Part shown: piece by piece, positions 12,897-25,966 of the stretch | How positions within the stretch are numbered: the stretch's first letter is position 1 | Layout: each line of letters starts with the position of its first letter | Position numbers and translations under genes: made by a program | Assembly: GCA_965235115.1 (NCBI GenBank) | Contig: OZ249436.1 | Coordinates: forward strand, 5,458,001-5,522,000 | From: Laetmonice hystrix | Taxonomy: Eukaryota | Direction of reading: 5' to 3' | Length of the DNA stretch: 64,000 nucleotides | The notes under the pieces: model-generated | Seen by the model: the letters and a program-made list of their open reading frames with translations, nothing else | What the model was told of the DNA's origin: nothing | Databases searched by the model: none

Positions 12897-14287
12897 GGTC
12901 GTGATTCATGAACTGGGGGCAAAAAGTGTAACAGGGTCAAAATGGTCAATTTTTCAATATTCATCCTGTGAAATAAACAAATGAAGGTCTCTTAATTGCA
13001 CATAGACTGACTCTATTATTCCCATCCGTTAATGAATAATGTACAATTGAATTACCGTAATCAATAGGATAATGCATTGGGACTCCAACCTTTTTTATTG
13101 ATTTTCTCAAAACGGACATGGTTTGACAAAAATAAGCCTAACTTCCCTTTATTTCAACCGAATTTCACCAAACTGGTGGCAAAATGCAGACAAGAAAATG
13201 TTCTTTCAAGTGAGACCTAATGTTGTGATGTCCCACACCAAAATGACTACAAAAAAGAACTTTGAAAATCAGGTGGGTGAAAATCATGAAAAATGCGTGA
13301 AAATCATGAAAAATGCAATGGAAATGATCAGCTTTTATATTTAGAGCCCTCGGGCAATCCGTGACTGTGTAAAGTTGAATAAAAGCCAACAATGAGAAAA
13401 TAAATCTCTTAAGATAATAAATAATTATTAAATAATTGTAATTAGCACCATCTTGCACCTCTGACCTCGCAACAAAGTGTACTGACTTAGTACAAATACA
13501 GTGAAATAATAACCTAATAATACTGGCAACTACCAAGGGTTGTGCTAAGGGGTGAAGCGGGCGATTCTGGGCCCATATGTATAAAACTACTTAAGTCAAA
13601 GTATAACCCTTATCTTTTGTTTGGCATGTTCGAGTACAATACATAGGTGTATTACTTAGACTTAAGTAGTTTTATGCATGGGCCCTGGTGTCCTACGGCA
13701 CCACAGTCACCTAAAATGGATCCTGGGATCTATTGGCAGTCCCAGCTGTATACCCTTCATGACTATTTATGCATAAAATCCTCATATATAGGGATCAAAA
13801 TGCAAACTAAACACCCACGTGCCTGTTCCAATTTTCTCATTCCCATGTACACCAACAATTACAAGGGGATTAAAAATCTCACGATCACTAGTTGACAAGA
13901 TTGTAGAACTGGAAGGCCAATTTGTAAGATCTGTCCACTACTAAAATAGCTTCCTTCTACTGGCCTCTCTTTGACCCTCTTGGAAACCTAGAGACTAATA
14001 ACAGAACCACACATTGAAGTCTGTATTGAAAATGCACCGCCTCCTCCGACCGCCTCCTCCGATCCCCCAGGTACTCATTTCATTCACAACACAAGAACTT
14101 GGTTGCATTGAATCAAACTGTGATAAATGTGACATCAGTAGAAAGGTGACATGATAAGCTTTCAGAATATACCTAGTTTGTTGTTGTAGCCCTATTCTTC
14201 TGAGTAAAAGTTCGATTTGAATGGGACAACTTTGTCAGATGTGTTACAATCCCCCATTTTTGATACCCCAGTTCATGAATTGTGACC
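12897..14287. mobile_element. 1391-bp TIR transposon, copy B, inverted relative to copy A
   Basis: Reverse complement of 10887-12277 (same length; identical 123/82/73-aa ORFs on opposite strands); its own TSD ATAC (12893-12896, 14288-14291). Confidence 0.95.
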
Positions 14288-17200
14288 ATACATGTCTATA
14301 TAAAATATAACCAACAGGCTTGCAGAAATTTTGTCTGTTATTTTTATTTCCATGACTTTGCACTTGGGGATCCAGGGGACTCAAATTTAGGCCCCCTCCT
14401 CCCTTATCAAATTCCTGGATCCCCGACTGCACATGTTTGTATCAGCCTACAGTGGACCAGTTCACTGCAGAGTGGGCCTAGGTTGCTCGGTAACAGTAAA
14501 TGTGTGTTTCTTTTCCATTTGTTCCTTTCGGATTTCCAAATGCATGCATACAATATCACAACCCCAAAAACGGACTATGTTGAAGAAATATCATGTCAGT
14601 GTGAAGAGCTGAAGTATGATTACCACGGTGATAATTTCACTGGACGCAGCAGCCCGTGGCTGGAAGCACCGTATGCGGGTAGGATCGAGTGGCTGGGGTC
14701 GGTACAGGGCGTTAGACCCCACTTTGGTATAGACACGCATTTTTGCGGAGCAAGTAAGAGTCAGTGTGTAATTAATCATGCCACTTCCCATTGAGCTTGG
14801 TATGGGATCACGGATAGGGCCACGGTGATGGCCTCTCCCTGCTCCAAGGCAACATGGACCCGGGCCGATAAGGGCAGGCCTGCCTAACGCCTTCCATCTC
14901 GTTAGCGTTGGCTGATGTGGGGAGGGATTCTGGCAGAACCTGCCTCTCCACGTAGGCCTACACGTACTGCAGACAGTCCAGATGTCTTCAAGTCATAGAA
15001 CCCATGGCATGACTGAGGACCTATAGAAGCAATGAATCGCAGTCGGCATTTTGTGCTGAAGATAACGGTTTCCCAGTTGTTCCCGTTCTGGCGAATCCAA
15101 AACAATGTGGGAAGAAACAATAGTCATAGATACTTAATAACTCTTTTATTAAACCCTTACCACAATTAGAGCGCATGGCCTATAAGGTGTGTTAGTAAAA
15201 TATTGAGAACCATTCCCATATAATATCCGTACATATAAGGCCTACCTGACGGCTAACATTGATAGGCACGTGCAATTGTGGTTTTCTAAAGCTTGCAAGA
15301 TCTCTGATCCCCATAGGTACCTATCAATCCGTAAATCGTCCATTCAATGCCAAAAGGGCGTCCGCCCGCCCCGCCAAACTGTCTACGTCATCACGTCGCC
15401 CCCCCCCCCCCCCCCACCCCCACGCAATACGAACGCCGACTCCGGACGCCCACGCACGCGGCAAATCCAATTTGAAGCTTGTGTCGTGTAATACGGAATG
15501 TGGGTCGAGCTCACACACCGTCACCATGCATGTTAGTGATATTTGGCATCCCGGCCATTCGGACTCATGATGCCTGCGCCAGTTTCTGGCCAGTCAGTCA
15601 AGGCCAATGTATAGGAATACGAATGGCTTGTTTCTGTCTGCACGACGGTCGGGTCGAATGCTCAGGGTTAGAACGTGTGTGGACAACATCATCAGCACGG
15701 TAGTGATACCGTCTGACATGCTCAGGCATCGGAATCAAGAGATAAGAGATACATTGGCGTATACTCTCGTTTATGTCTGGATCGCCAAGAAGTATACCTC
15801 CCATTTACGAACTATATATACTACCTCCGCTAATGGCGCATTCCAAACAGTTAGGTCGGCACCAGTCAGCCTGTGGCCGAATAGTCCGGGCGTAGGTAGG
15901 CCTATACTTCCCTTCCATAACGCCATGGATTGGACCTGATAACACCCAAGCGATATTTTTTCTCACATTCGCGCCCATTTGTTAAAGGAGAAGTCCAGTC
16001 ATAAATCACATTTGGACAGCTGCAAGGCCTCTGTACATACACTCACCTTTCAGAGTAGTGGTTGGAAATAAATGTCCCCCCATTCCAAGAAGTCATATGT
16101 TGAACATGACAACCGTGTCAAAATCACTGGCTTCAGCGGCGCAGCCATTTGGCCGGAAGTAAGTGACGTCCTTGTGCCCATCTATTGCATGCCGGGGCTA
16201 GGCTAGACTAGACTAAAGTAAAGGCAGCCGAGGCGGGTGGGCAAATCGACGGGGGTCAGTCCCACAGTCACAGGCACAGGCACAGTCACAACTAAGCGCA
16301 ACAGGTCTGTGCTGACCACAGGAGTCTGACACTGCCAGTGCCCGCGGGTGGAGTCAGAGTGGGGCCCGTCCCTGGGCCCAGTGGCCCTGGGCTCCGTCAA
16401 CATCACACCTCCGAGCGGGAATGCAGGCGGCCGAAACCCACGGCTGCCCAGATCCGTGTCCACCCTGATATATCCCCTGACATCGGTAGGCTTAATTCCT
16501 AGCCATTCCTCGTCACTATGATCGATGGTTTTCGTCTATGTTCTAACAAATTTTGCTTATATAAGCTGTCAACGTTCGCTACCTTTCGAATCGCTCAACG
16601 CAGTCAGGTGCGTCAGTATTTCGTTCCTTCCAAACTGGAGAGCAGTGGTCGAGCATGCGCAGTTTGAGATTAGCCCAAGGAGCAGACGCTATGGCGGCCA
16701 ACACCAGCGGAGCAGGCTCTAAGCAGGCTCCGGCACTAAAGTGCTTATATCTTAACTATTTGAGCACCAATTGTGTTCAAATCTTTTTTAAATTGCTTAA
16801 AGAATATCACGGCCTGTGTGCCTGGCCTGTACACACTTGCGGTGGACGTTTCTTTTAAATGAACGCTCACATATCCTGCACGGGACCCTGGGTAAGCCGC
16901 AGGGGACCAGGCTAACGAGGACACCGCTTGCCGAACTAGGCTTATTTCTTTTGGGAAGCTATATGGCGGATTTCTCCGTGATACCAGCCGAACCAGTGGG
17001 TAATCCAAAGACAAACACCCACCGTAAGTTTAATTAAAGAAATATCACTGCTTAATGCCCCTCTTCGATAGGCCTAGGCCTACTTTATGTCACTGGTGTA
17101 GTAAGCTAAGGTGAGTGAGGTGGCGCGCATGTTCCTATTTGGGCCGTGAGTAATATGTAATCTTTGAGAGTGCTTTCCCCGAAGATTGCCTATACTTCTA

Positions 17201-17610
17201 AGCCATAAAAAGTAGTGCAAGTAGACTCTATAGCTGGAAACTGTACACCCAATATTATTCGGTCGAATCGTCCGACAGCGATTGGATCGTGGCCGATTAC
17301 TTTTATGTTATCGTGAAATATGAACTCTTTCGCTGGTATGCACACCATTTAGTTATCTGGTGCCAATAGGCAATAATTTGTCCATGTTCTGGAAGAATAT
17401 ACCAATTACCGCTTTCTCTTTTAGACCTACCTCGCGATCCGAGGCAGTCTGACTGGGGTCCTGCCGAAAAGGATTCTTCAAAGGGACAGCTCCAGGCCCA
17501 ATCGGAACTTCCGAGGTCATTTCCGGTTCAGAAATAACCTCGGATGTAAGTCAGGCCCAAAGCTACAGACGTCGATGTGACGAGGCTCGACCACGTGACC
17601 GCTCATGTTA

Positions 17611-17778
17611 GAAGAAGAAGAAGAAGAAGAAGAAGAAGAAGAAGAAGAAGAAGAAGAAGAAGAAGAAGAAGAAGAAGAAGAAGAAGAAGAAGAAGAAGAA
17701 GAAGAAGAAGAAGAAGAAGAAGAAGAAGAAGAAGAAGAAGAAGAAGAAGAAGAAGAAGAAGAAGAAGAAGAAGAAGAA
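17611..17778. repeat. (GAA)56 microsatellite
   Basis: Uninterrupted trinucleotide run. Confidence 0.98.
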
Positions 17779-17904
17779 CCTGATTTCCTGACAAATTATC
17801 CCCTCTGAACCAACCCACTTCAAATAAAAGAAACTTGATAGATCGCAGACGGTGGTTGCTGGCGCGTGATCACGTGATCACCTGCGGTCCGGTAAGGTTC
17901 CATC

Positions 17905-18058
17905 GTCAGCAATGGCCGCCTCGCGAAAACCCTCACAACATCTAGAGATTCTGTAGTCAGCAATGGCCGCCTCGCGAAAACCCTCACAACATCTAGAGAT
18001 TCTGTAGTCAGCAATGGCCGCCTCGCGAAAACCCTCACAACATCCAGAGATTCTGTAG
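17905..18058. repeat. 51-bp tandem repeat, 3 copies
   Basis: GTCAGCAATGGCCGCCTCGCGAAAACCCTCACAACATCTAGAGATTCTGTA three times. Confidence 0.95.
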
Positions 18059-19412
18059 TAATTTATGTGTATTTAAAATCTCCACGACACAGATCTGAGA
18101 CGATGGATCTGACTAATAAAAAAAGTTGTGTGTCTTTGGTTGAGCAGTTGTATCTCCGCTCGCTTAAACTCAGAACTAATACTAGCGGAATCATGCAATG
18201 GCGCCAATTGTTTGGACTCCCCCTCAGACAAGTGGGATTCTACCAATTTCCTTTGGATTTCTCTTTCATCGGGGTCTCAGATTTCATATTATGTCCCCAA
18301 TCATACTGTCCCTGTTACAGACCCTGGGTTGTATCTAATTTACAAATCCTAATGTACACTAATATAAATCAGTTCGCCTTCTAGTGGCGGTCGAGTCACG
18401 TGGGGAGGGACGCTGTGAATGGATGCATAGATGAATACTGGGTGCAGGGATACAGTGCCACACTGTGGGCGTTTTCTATTAACCCGATTACGTCATATAC
18501 ATCAGCTAAGTGAGATTTAGAACGGCGGTCGATTCAGAAGTGCCCTATTCGCTACCAGGAATGGCCAACGATAGAGCCGACTCAACAGTTTAGATGGCAG
18601 AAATGGCAAAAACAAGGTTGATAAAGAGTAGGGTGTAATATTTCGTGCCAGAGCAAATATTTACATCCAAGGATCGGCTTTGAATATCTATACGAAGGGG
18701 ATCAGGCATGCGTTGGTACTCGGGATGGACAGAAGCTGGTCTGGTATACATAACCACACATTCATCGAAAACCAAAATATTGCTACATGTTGGAAACAAT
18801 TAACGATGAATAGTCACGTCCAATGAATATTACATTATTTGCCATTCGTCACCATGTTCGGCAAAAACTTAATGATACGGAAGAAAATGGTAAAAAAAGT
18901 AAATAGTGACTATATACGAATCCTGCTTGTTTCGCTGCGGTGCTGGCGGTCATAACAAGTCGGCCGACTGCATGCAGGCGGGGTCCGTCAGTGTACACTC
19001 CCAGTCAAGGTAGTTATAAAGTAAATAGCATTAGGAACCAAGTATGGATGGACACATACGAATTAAGAATATACAAAACAAACATGATCAACGTCGGCTT
19101 TTCTCTGATCTTTGGCTGTATCATCGAACTGAAATCGAATTGGCGATTTATAAAACCAGATTTATGTCAGAAACACAGACGCCAAGACTTTGAACTAATA
19201 GCCGCCAGATTGTGACCCTTCGCTTCTCGCCAAAAGTTCCCACCCCCTTAAAGTTGTTGTCTTTTTCTCTCGTCTGTTTTTGTTTCGATTGTATTACTTT
19301 TTCCTTATCCCCCTGTTAATTAATTGCAAACCTGATCCCTGGGGCGACTTAAGGGACATTTTAACAAGACCACTTCTTTCTGTAACGGATCTCTTATATA
19401 AATGTCCATATA

Positions 19413-20266
19413 TCGGGTGGATAAAAAAAAAACGCCCCGAACTTTAAACTTCAATATTTCAAAAAGTAATGATTGTAATTCAATGAAAGTTTTCTTAATA
19501 TCACTTCATGATGTTGTCTCTTAGTTGTTAATGTTACAACTCAATAGCTTGGATAATATTTCTGCGGGGCTAAAAACAAAAATCATTGTACAAAAACGCA
19601 ATGCCGGGTTAAAGCGAGTTGTAGTCGCACCCAGAGTCCCTGGCCTCACATTAGATTGGGTGGTGAATCGGTCCCCCGTTTTCACTCCCTACTGCTCTCA
19701 GTCTCTTTTTCCATGAGCCAATGCACTTCCTGATCTCTGATACGGAAATATCTTTCCAACATTGGGAAATACGCAACGTTTTGAATGTGTTTCTAAACGT
19801 GATAATGATACGATTTCCCTTGAACTTCTTGTTACAGCCATATCGTCCTAATGTTGCAGTTTCTCTGTAGGGTTTGGCACATTAAACATCTGTTTTTCTT
19901 TAAAAGTACTAGTAATAGCACATATTTTATTATATCTAGTGGTCCACAACATGAAACATATTGTAAAACATGCAAAAACTAAATACTTAATTTTTTTTAC
20001 CCAAGGTACAATGCGGTGCATCAAACAAGTGTCAAATTGGACACCTGGCAGCTGCATGATATCTGACCTAATTCCGGCATTGCGTTTTTAGACACTGATT
20101 TTTGTTTTTAGCGCCACGGGATTAATATCAAAGCTATTGAGGTGAAACTTTAACATAACATAGATAATATCATGAAGCGATATTAAGAGAAATTTTATTG
20201 AATTATAATGCATAGTTTTTGAAATATTAAAGTTTAAAGTTCGGGGCGTTTTTTTTATCCACCCGA
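19413..20266 (-). mobile_element. Tc1/mariner internal-deletion derivative
   Basis: Long TIRs starting TCGGGTGGATAAAAAA..CGCCCCGAACTTTAAAC after TA; minus strand near 19650-19790 reads CWKDISVSEIRKCIGSWKKRLRAVGSENGGPIHH, a Tc1-type transposase C-terminus. Confidence 0.85.
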
Positions 20267-20342
20267 AATATATGCTAGCTTCTGCACAATTTTGGCGACT
20301 TTCAAAGATTCTATTATTGAAATTATGTACATTTCCTACGTG

Positions 20343-20344
<2 letters not shown>

Positions 20345-20389
<45 letters not shown>

Positions 20390-20394
20390 TGCCA

Positions 20395-20427
<33 letters not shown>

Positions 20428-20543
20428 TGCCACTCTCTCTCTCTCTCTGTCACACTCATACACACACCCTCTCTCTATCTCTTTCTCTCTTTCTCTCTTT
20501 CTCTTTTTCTCTTTCTCTCTCTCTCTCTCTTCCCCTCTCTCTC
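20345..20543. repeat. (CT)n/(CTAT)n compound microsatellite
   Basis: Directly visible low-complexity run. Confidence 0.95.
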
Positions 20544-22847
20544 AGATTATTGTGATTGAGAATTAGACCGAATGTAGAAGGCGTTATCTTTTTTCTTTGA
20601 CCGATGTTCGCCTCATGCAGCTAGGGAGCACCGCACTAACCGAACGTGACAAGACATCTATGAAGACGCGAATTCCTGCGTCGCTGCGTCCCGAGGGAAC
20701 GCAGTACTCGGCCTGAGTGAGCACATTCTCATCCCCGACACTTTTTATTCGAATACGCTCTCACCTTTATGTTTTTATTCGACATCATGGCGTTCCGGCA
20801 TGCAGCGTTCGTGGGTATGTGGGCATGGGCGGCACAATAACTGCAGAGTGTGAGATAGAAAGGTTCACCCAAAGATGCTCAGCCAATGTATTGCTCACAA
20901 GGGAACACTAAATAATGGCGAATCAATCTTTAGAGTGGTGCTAAGTCAATTTTACCCAGACAGCTCTGTCTACTATAGCGTTTTATTCGGTCAGCACTGC
21001 AGTTGAAACAAGACATCATATTGGCTGTTCGCCCACGGCTAATAGCAGGCGATGTATTAAAGAGCAAAGGCAATGCCATTCCAGTGGAAAGCATTGTTGA
21101 TTCAGCAATGACGAACCAAGTTAATCGGGTTGCATGCATGAATGTATACGGGTTGAATTACCTTGTGTAAGCCTTGTTCATCACACTGGCTTGGAGACGT
21201 TTGCCCAGATGATATTCTATAATCTCCGGGGAGCGAAATTGGGACTGATACTGGGAATTGGTTCGCATTTGGTGCTGGAAGTTTAGGCGGGCACTGCGTC
21301 ATTTATCACTGTCAGCCGCAAGATCTTACCACCATCTGACCGTGCACACAGCCCCCTCACCCGGCGTTCTGTCGCCTTGCTGCCGCCGGACCTTCCGTCA
21401 CAGGGGAGCCGGCGACCGGTGAGGCACAGCCAAAGACAACGTGGACCAAGCCGGTCAGCATCTTAATGGAAAACAAATAATGGCATGAAGGCGAAAAATC
21501 TCGATGTCTGATGGATGAATGGCAGGCGATTGTGGTTGGGAGGAGAGCATCTGATTGGTGGGTTGGATGAATGGACCGTCACAATGAGCCCGTGTAGGGT
21601 TTACCGCTGGAGTAGTCTGGAACAGGTTCCACACCAGCCAGCCAGTCGCTGGAGACGGCACGTCACAGCAGGGTAAGGATGCTGGCGCATGCTACGACGG
21701 CTACGTCGTGCTGAACTAGTTCAGGTGCCACGGGAAGAGGTGCCGAGCCTGCAGACAGCAGGAACAGTGCGTGCCCTCGCTGACGAACGGGAGACGGGCA
21801 ATACCTTCAGCCTTGGTTCCTGTAGACAGAGCTACCATCGGCCTTCTCGCACGTCACCCTCGTCCTCCTTCATACGTCAACCAAGCCGTCAGGACAGGAA
21901 CCCCGCACCTACAGAGGGCCGACCGGTACATTGTATTACGCACCGATTCTAATTATGGGAATGACTATAGATTGCCTGTAGAAGCAGGACCCAACCTTTC
22001 ACCCATGGAGATAAAGTACCGACAACTTTAATGAGGTGCAAGATGGCAATGCTTACGAGGCGTGTTGATAAGGCACGGATGGTCACGAATCAATGACACG
22101 GGTCTTGATAAAGACCTGGTAGGGATGGATGACGTTTGAAACCGGCCTGTCGGTTCGGCTCGGGCCGAGTAGAGACAGTCTCTACGAAACGATCACAACA
22201 TATTCCAGATGTTACGTCTGGCAGCGGCGGAATCTGGTAGTATAGGACGTCCATCTTGGTGATACATGCTACTATTGTAATTGGAGCAGAAAATACAGGT
22301 AAGATTTTAAATATTTGTCAGGAATCTGGCTAGAAGCCTTAGAAATTTACTGCTGTGAAAAGGGGAAAAGTGCGCCTGGAAAATATTTTTAGTCCAAACG
22401 TACGTAGCAAGAGAGATTGTAACGATCTGGGAGTGATTTTATAGAACAAGCACGCTACTTGGATCCCGTCAGACGGCATCTCTAGGCAGAAAAAAACGAC
22501 ACATTTTCTGGACCATGCGCATACTGCTGAGATAGGGAGAAGTGGCGGACGTGCAGTCTGGGACGCACACAAACTTTCATGTTTTATGCAGTTATTATAC
22601 AGTCTCAGGGTAAACTCTTCCTATCCATTGCCATCTGGCCGCCCGGAGACGGGGCGGCGTGCATTAGCCCTGTTCGGACCAATAGGTCTGAATGATTTAT
22701 AACCCTTCAACTACAGTTCTTCATTCTCAGATTGGTTATAAGGGATTCCCTCATGGAGATAATGGCACTTCATTTAGTCCAGGGAAACTCCCAGTCAGTC
22801 TGCACACGATTCATGGCTGATTATGTCCGCCACATCGCGGAGCGTGG

Positions 22848-23710
22848 GCCCAATCACTGTGCCCATTCCGACTGAAGCAAAGGCCCAATGACTTCCCCCA
22901 TTCCAACTGGAGCAAGAGCCAAACCACTGGACCCATTCCGACTGGAGCAAGAGCCAAACCACTGTACCCATTCCGACTGGAGCAAGAGCCCAACCACTGT
23001 ACCCATTCCAACTGGAGCAAGAGCCCAACCACTGTACCCATTCCGACTGGAGCAAGAGCCCAACCACTGGACCCATTCCGACTGGAGCAAGAGCCAAACC
23101 ACTGTACCCATTCCGACTGGAGCAAGAGCCCAATCACTGTACCCATTCCAACTGGAGCAAGAGCCCAATCACTGCACCCATTCCAACTGGAGCAAGAGCC
23201 CAATCACTGCACCCATTCCGACTGGAGCAAGAGCCCAACCACTGGACCCATTCCGACTGGAGCAAGAGCCCAACCACTGTACCCATTCCAACTGGAGCAA
23301 GAGCCCAATCACTGGACCCATTCCAACTGGAGCAAGAGCCCAATCACTGCACCCATTCCGACTGGAGCAAGAGCCAAACCACTGGACCCATTCCGACTGG
23401 AGCAAGAGCCCAACCACTGGACCCATTCCAACTGGAGCAAGAGCCAAACCACTGTACCCATTCCAACTGGAGCAAGAGCCCAATCACTGCACCCATTCCA
23501 ACTGGAGCAAGAGCCAAACCACTGTACCCATTCCAACTGGAGCAAGAGCCCAATCACTGTACCCATTCCAACTGGAGCAAGAGCCCAATCACTGGACCCA
23601 TTCCGGCTGGAGCAAGAGCCCAATCACTGTACCCATTCCAACTGGAGCAAGAACCCAATCACCCTACCCATTCCGGCTGGAGCAAGAGCCCAATCACTGC
23701 CCCCATTCCA
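22848..23710. repeat. 35-bp minisatellite (CCCATTCCRACTGGAGCAAGAGCCCAAYCACTGNA)
   Basis: About 24 tandem copies. Confidence 0.97.
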
Positions 23711-24590
23711 TCTGCTAATCTTCATCCTCTTTTGCTTGACAGGACAGGCCGCCAAGGGAAAACCAAATGCGGCAACTCATTTAAGGTCTGTGTTCAATGT
23801 GAATTTAACCTGACATCAAAAAGGATTCCCTTTTTTATAATTTACGATGATTAAAGCCAAGTAATGGCACGGTCTGTCATTGCCTCGCGGACTTTTTGAC
23901 TAACATAATATGCACGGTCTGTAAAAGTATGACAGTTGCCGTACGGGTCTAATTGAAAACAGCTAAAGGATTTCCCTGAGGCGTCGTGCGCGTCCGTCCC
24001 GGTAGAGAAGACCTTTATATCGGTGCAGTCCGTAAGTGTACCTAGACCCTGAGGAGCTGACAGCGCCGTTTTGAAAAACCGATAGCTCTGAAAGCAGGAT
24101 CTGCTGTCAGACTGAACGATCGACGTTATGGTCAGAATAATCCGTTTAATTACGGCCTTGAAAACAAACCAGACGTAAAAAACATTATAATTATCTCCTT
24201 AATACATTTGCTTGTCTTTAGGAGAATTTAAGTGAGGCAACAAGAGAAAATCACAGAAACAGCGATATTTGCTGGCTTTAATTTGCCCCAACGCGATAAT
24301 AATAGATCCTCTTATCCTCTTATAAAATAGGCCTACGTGTGGGAATCCTACTCCGCCTTATCTAAAAAAATCGAATACTTGCCCAGGTATAGAGCTGTCG
24401 TCTGGCAGTGTTTTCGCGTACTCACAACTGATTCACAACATATCCGTGAAGGAAAGAATGATTTCCATATTTCATGACTGCTCTCTTATCAAAGTCGGAC
24501 TAGGCAGACATTATATCGACAGATGACAGTGGAGTAGGAGGCCATATAAACTCAGTGGTATCTATTATGACGGTAATAACGATATCGTAA

Positions 24591-24902
24591 TAAAACCAGT
24601 AAAATACAGGTCAGGCGACAGCGCTGGATAACGTCATTAAACCAGTAAAATACAGGTCAGGCGACAGCGCTGGATAACGTCATTAAACCAGTAAAATACA
24701 GGTCAGGCGACAGCGCTGGATAACGTCATTAAACCAGTAAAATACAGGTCAGGCGACAGCGCTGGATAACGTCATTAAACCAGTAAAATACAGGTCAGGC
24801 GACAGCGCTGGATAACGTAATTAAACCAGTAAAATACAGGTCAGGTGACAGCGCTGGATAATGTAATTAAACCAGTAAAATACAGGTCAGGCGACAGCGC
24901 TG
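24591..24902. repeat. 46-bp minisatellite
   Basis: TAAACCAGTAAAATACAGGTCAGGCGACAGCGCTGGATAACGTCAT, about 7 copies. Confidence 0.95.
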
Positions 24903-25533
24903 CCTCATGGGTAGACGTTCATCAGTTAAAATATTCGACTTGAAAATAAATCGACAAATTGGCATGCATTCAAGTATGTCTTTGGTATGTCGTTCTTTAA
25001 TACCCGACTTAACTTACCCAGGCATAAAACATTTAAAACACAATAGATATATTAAATATAGATGCATACTCTATTGCAATCATTAGGAAGTGATCAATGT
25101 AAAATTAGAGCTGTGTTTAACAACTGGAAACGGAAATGAGAGAACTGTGAAGTATGCATACTCATGAGTTAATACCAGTGTCTCGCACAGCTATAAGAGT
25201 AGGCCTAACAATTAGAATGGCCCAGTATCTCCGTTAGGATGTGATATGTCTCCAGCGCCGGAGTGGTTCGACGTGGATAAAACATTATCGTAATATCACC
25301 TTAAATTCTATGTGAGGTTTTTCATTTTATAACTTTTTTATTATTTTTATTATACATAATTTAGCAATGTCAGTTTCGTAAAAGGTTGACATGCAGCGGG
25401 TCGGATGTATAAAAAAACACATTCATCCCCTCCACGATAAGGGCACAGGCAGTGTCTGTCACTCTTTTAAATCTTAATATTTATAAATAATGAAATGCAG
25501 CACTAAGTACCCTCTCTTGTAGTCCTACCCCCA

Positions 25534-25929
25534 CCCCAAGCCCCCACAAAGACACACAGACAGTGGCTCAGCTACCCCAAGCCCCCACAAACACACACAG
25601 ACAGTGGCTCAGCTACCCCAAGCCCCCACAAACACACACAGACAGTGGCTCAGCTACCCCAAGCCCCCACAAAGACACACAGACAGTGGCTCAGCTACCC
25701 CAAGCCCCCACAAACACACACAGACAGTGGCTCAGCTACCCCGAGCCCCCACAAACACACACAGACAGTGGCTCGGCTACCCCAAGCCCCCACAAACACA
25801 CACAGACAGTGGCTCAGCTACCCCAAGCCCCCACAAACACACACAGACAGTGGCTCAGCTACCCCAAGCCCCCACAGAGACACACAGACAGTGGCTCAGC
25901 TACCCCAAGCCCCCACAAACACACAGCAG

Positions 25930-25964
<35 letters not shown>
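25534..25964. repeat. 41-bp minisatellite running into a (CAG)n tract
   Basis: CCCCAAGCCCCCACAAACACACACAGACAGTGGCTCAGCTA, about 9.5 copies, then about 13 CAG units. Confidence 0.95.

Positions 25965-25966
<2 letters not shown>

Noticed and set aside
11279..13895. Duplicated 123/82/73-aa ORFs as a transposase
   Set aside because: Short, no DDE or DNA-binding motifs; duplicated only because the element is.
10887..14287. Inverted duplicate as an assembly artefact
   Set aside because: Each copy has its own distinct 4-bp TSD at precise termini.
15982..17050. TTAA-type (Kolobok/piggyBac-like) element starting TTAAAGGAGAAGT
   Set aside because: No matching right terminus found, so boundaries are unsupported.
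17577..17823. Poly-R/E/L/F ORFs
   Set aside because: Translations of the (GAA)n tract.
20665..20720. HDV-like ribozyme
   Set aside because: Some P1/P4-like pairing, but no room for P2/P3; it could be a simple hairpin.
21455..22031. GC-rich short ORFs as a gene or retrotransposon
   Set aside because: No motif I can identify, and stops occur in every frame.
22795..23718. 276-aa repeat protein and antisense ORFs
   Set aside because: The 35-bp unit is not a multiple of 3; ORFs begin and end with the array.
24045..24105. Hammerhead ribozyme (CTGAGGA...GAAA)
   Set aside because: Stem II does not abut GAAA, and I could not form stems I and III.
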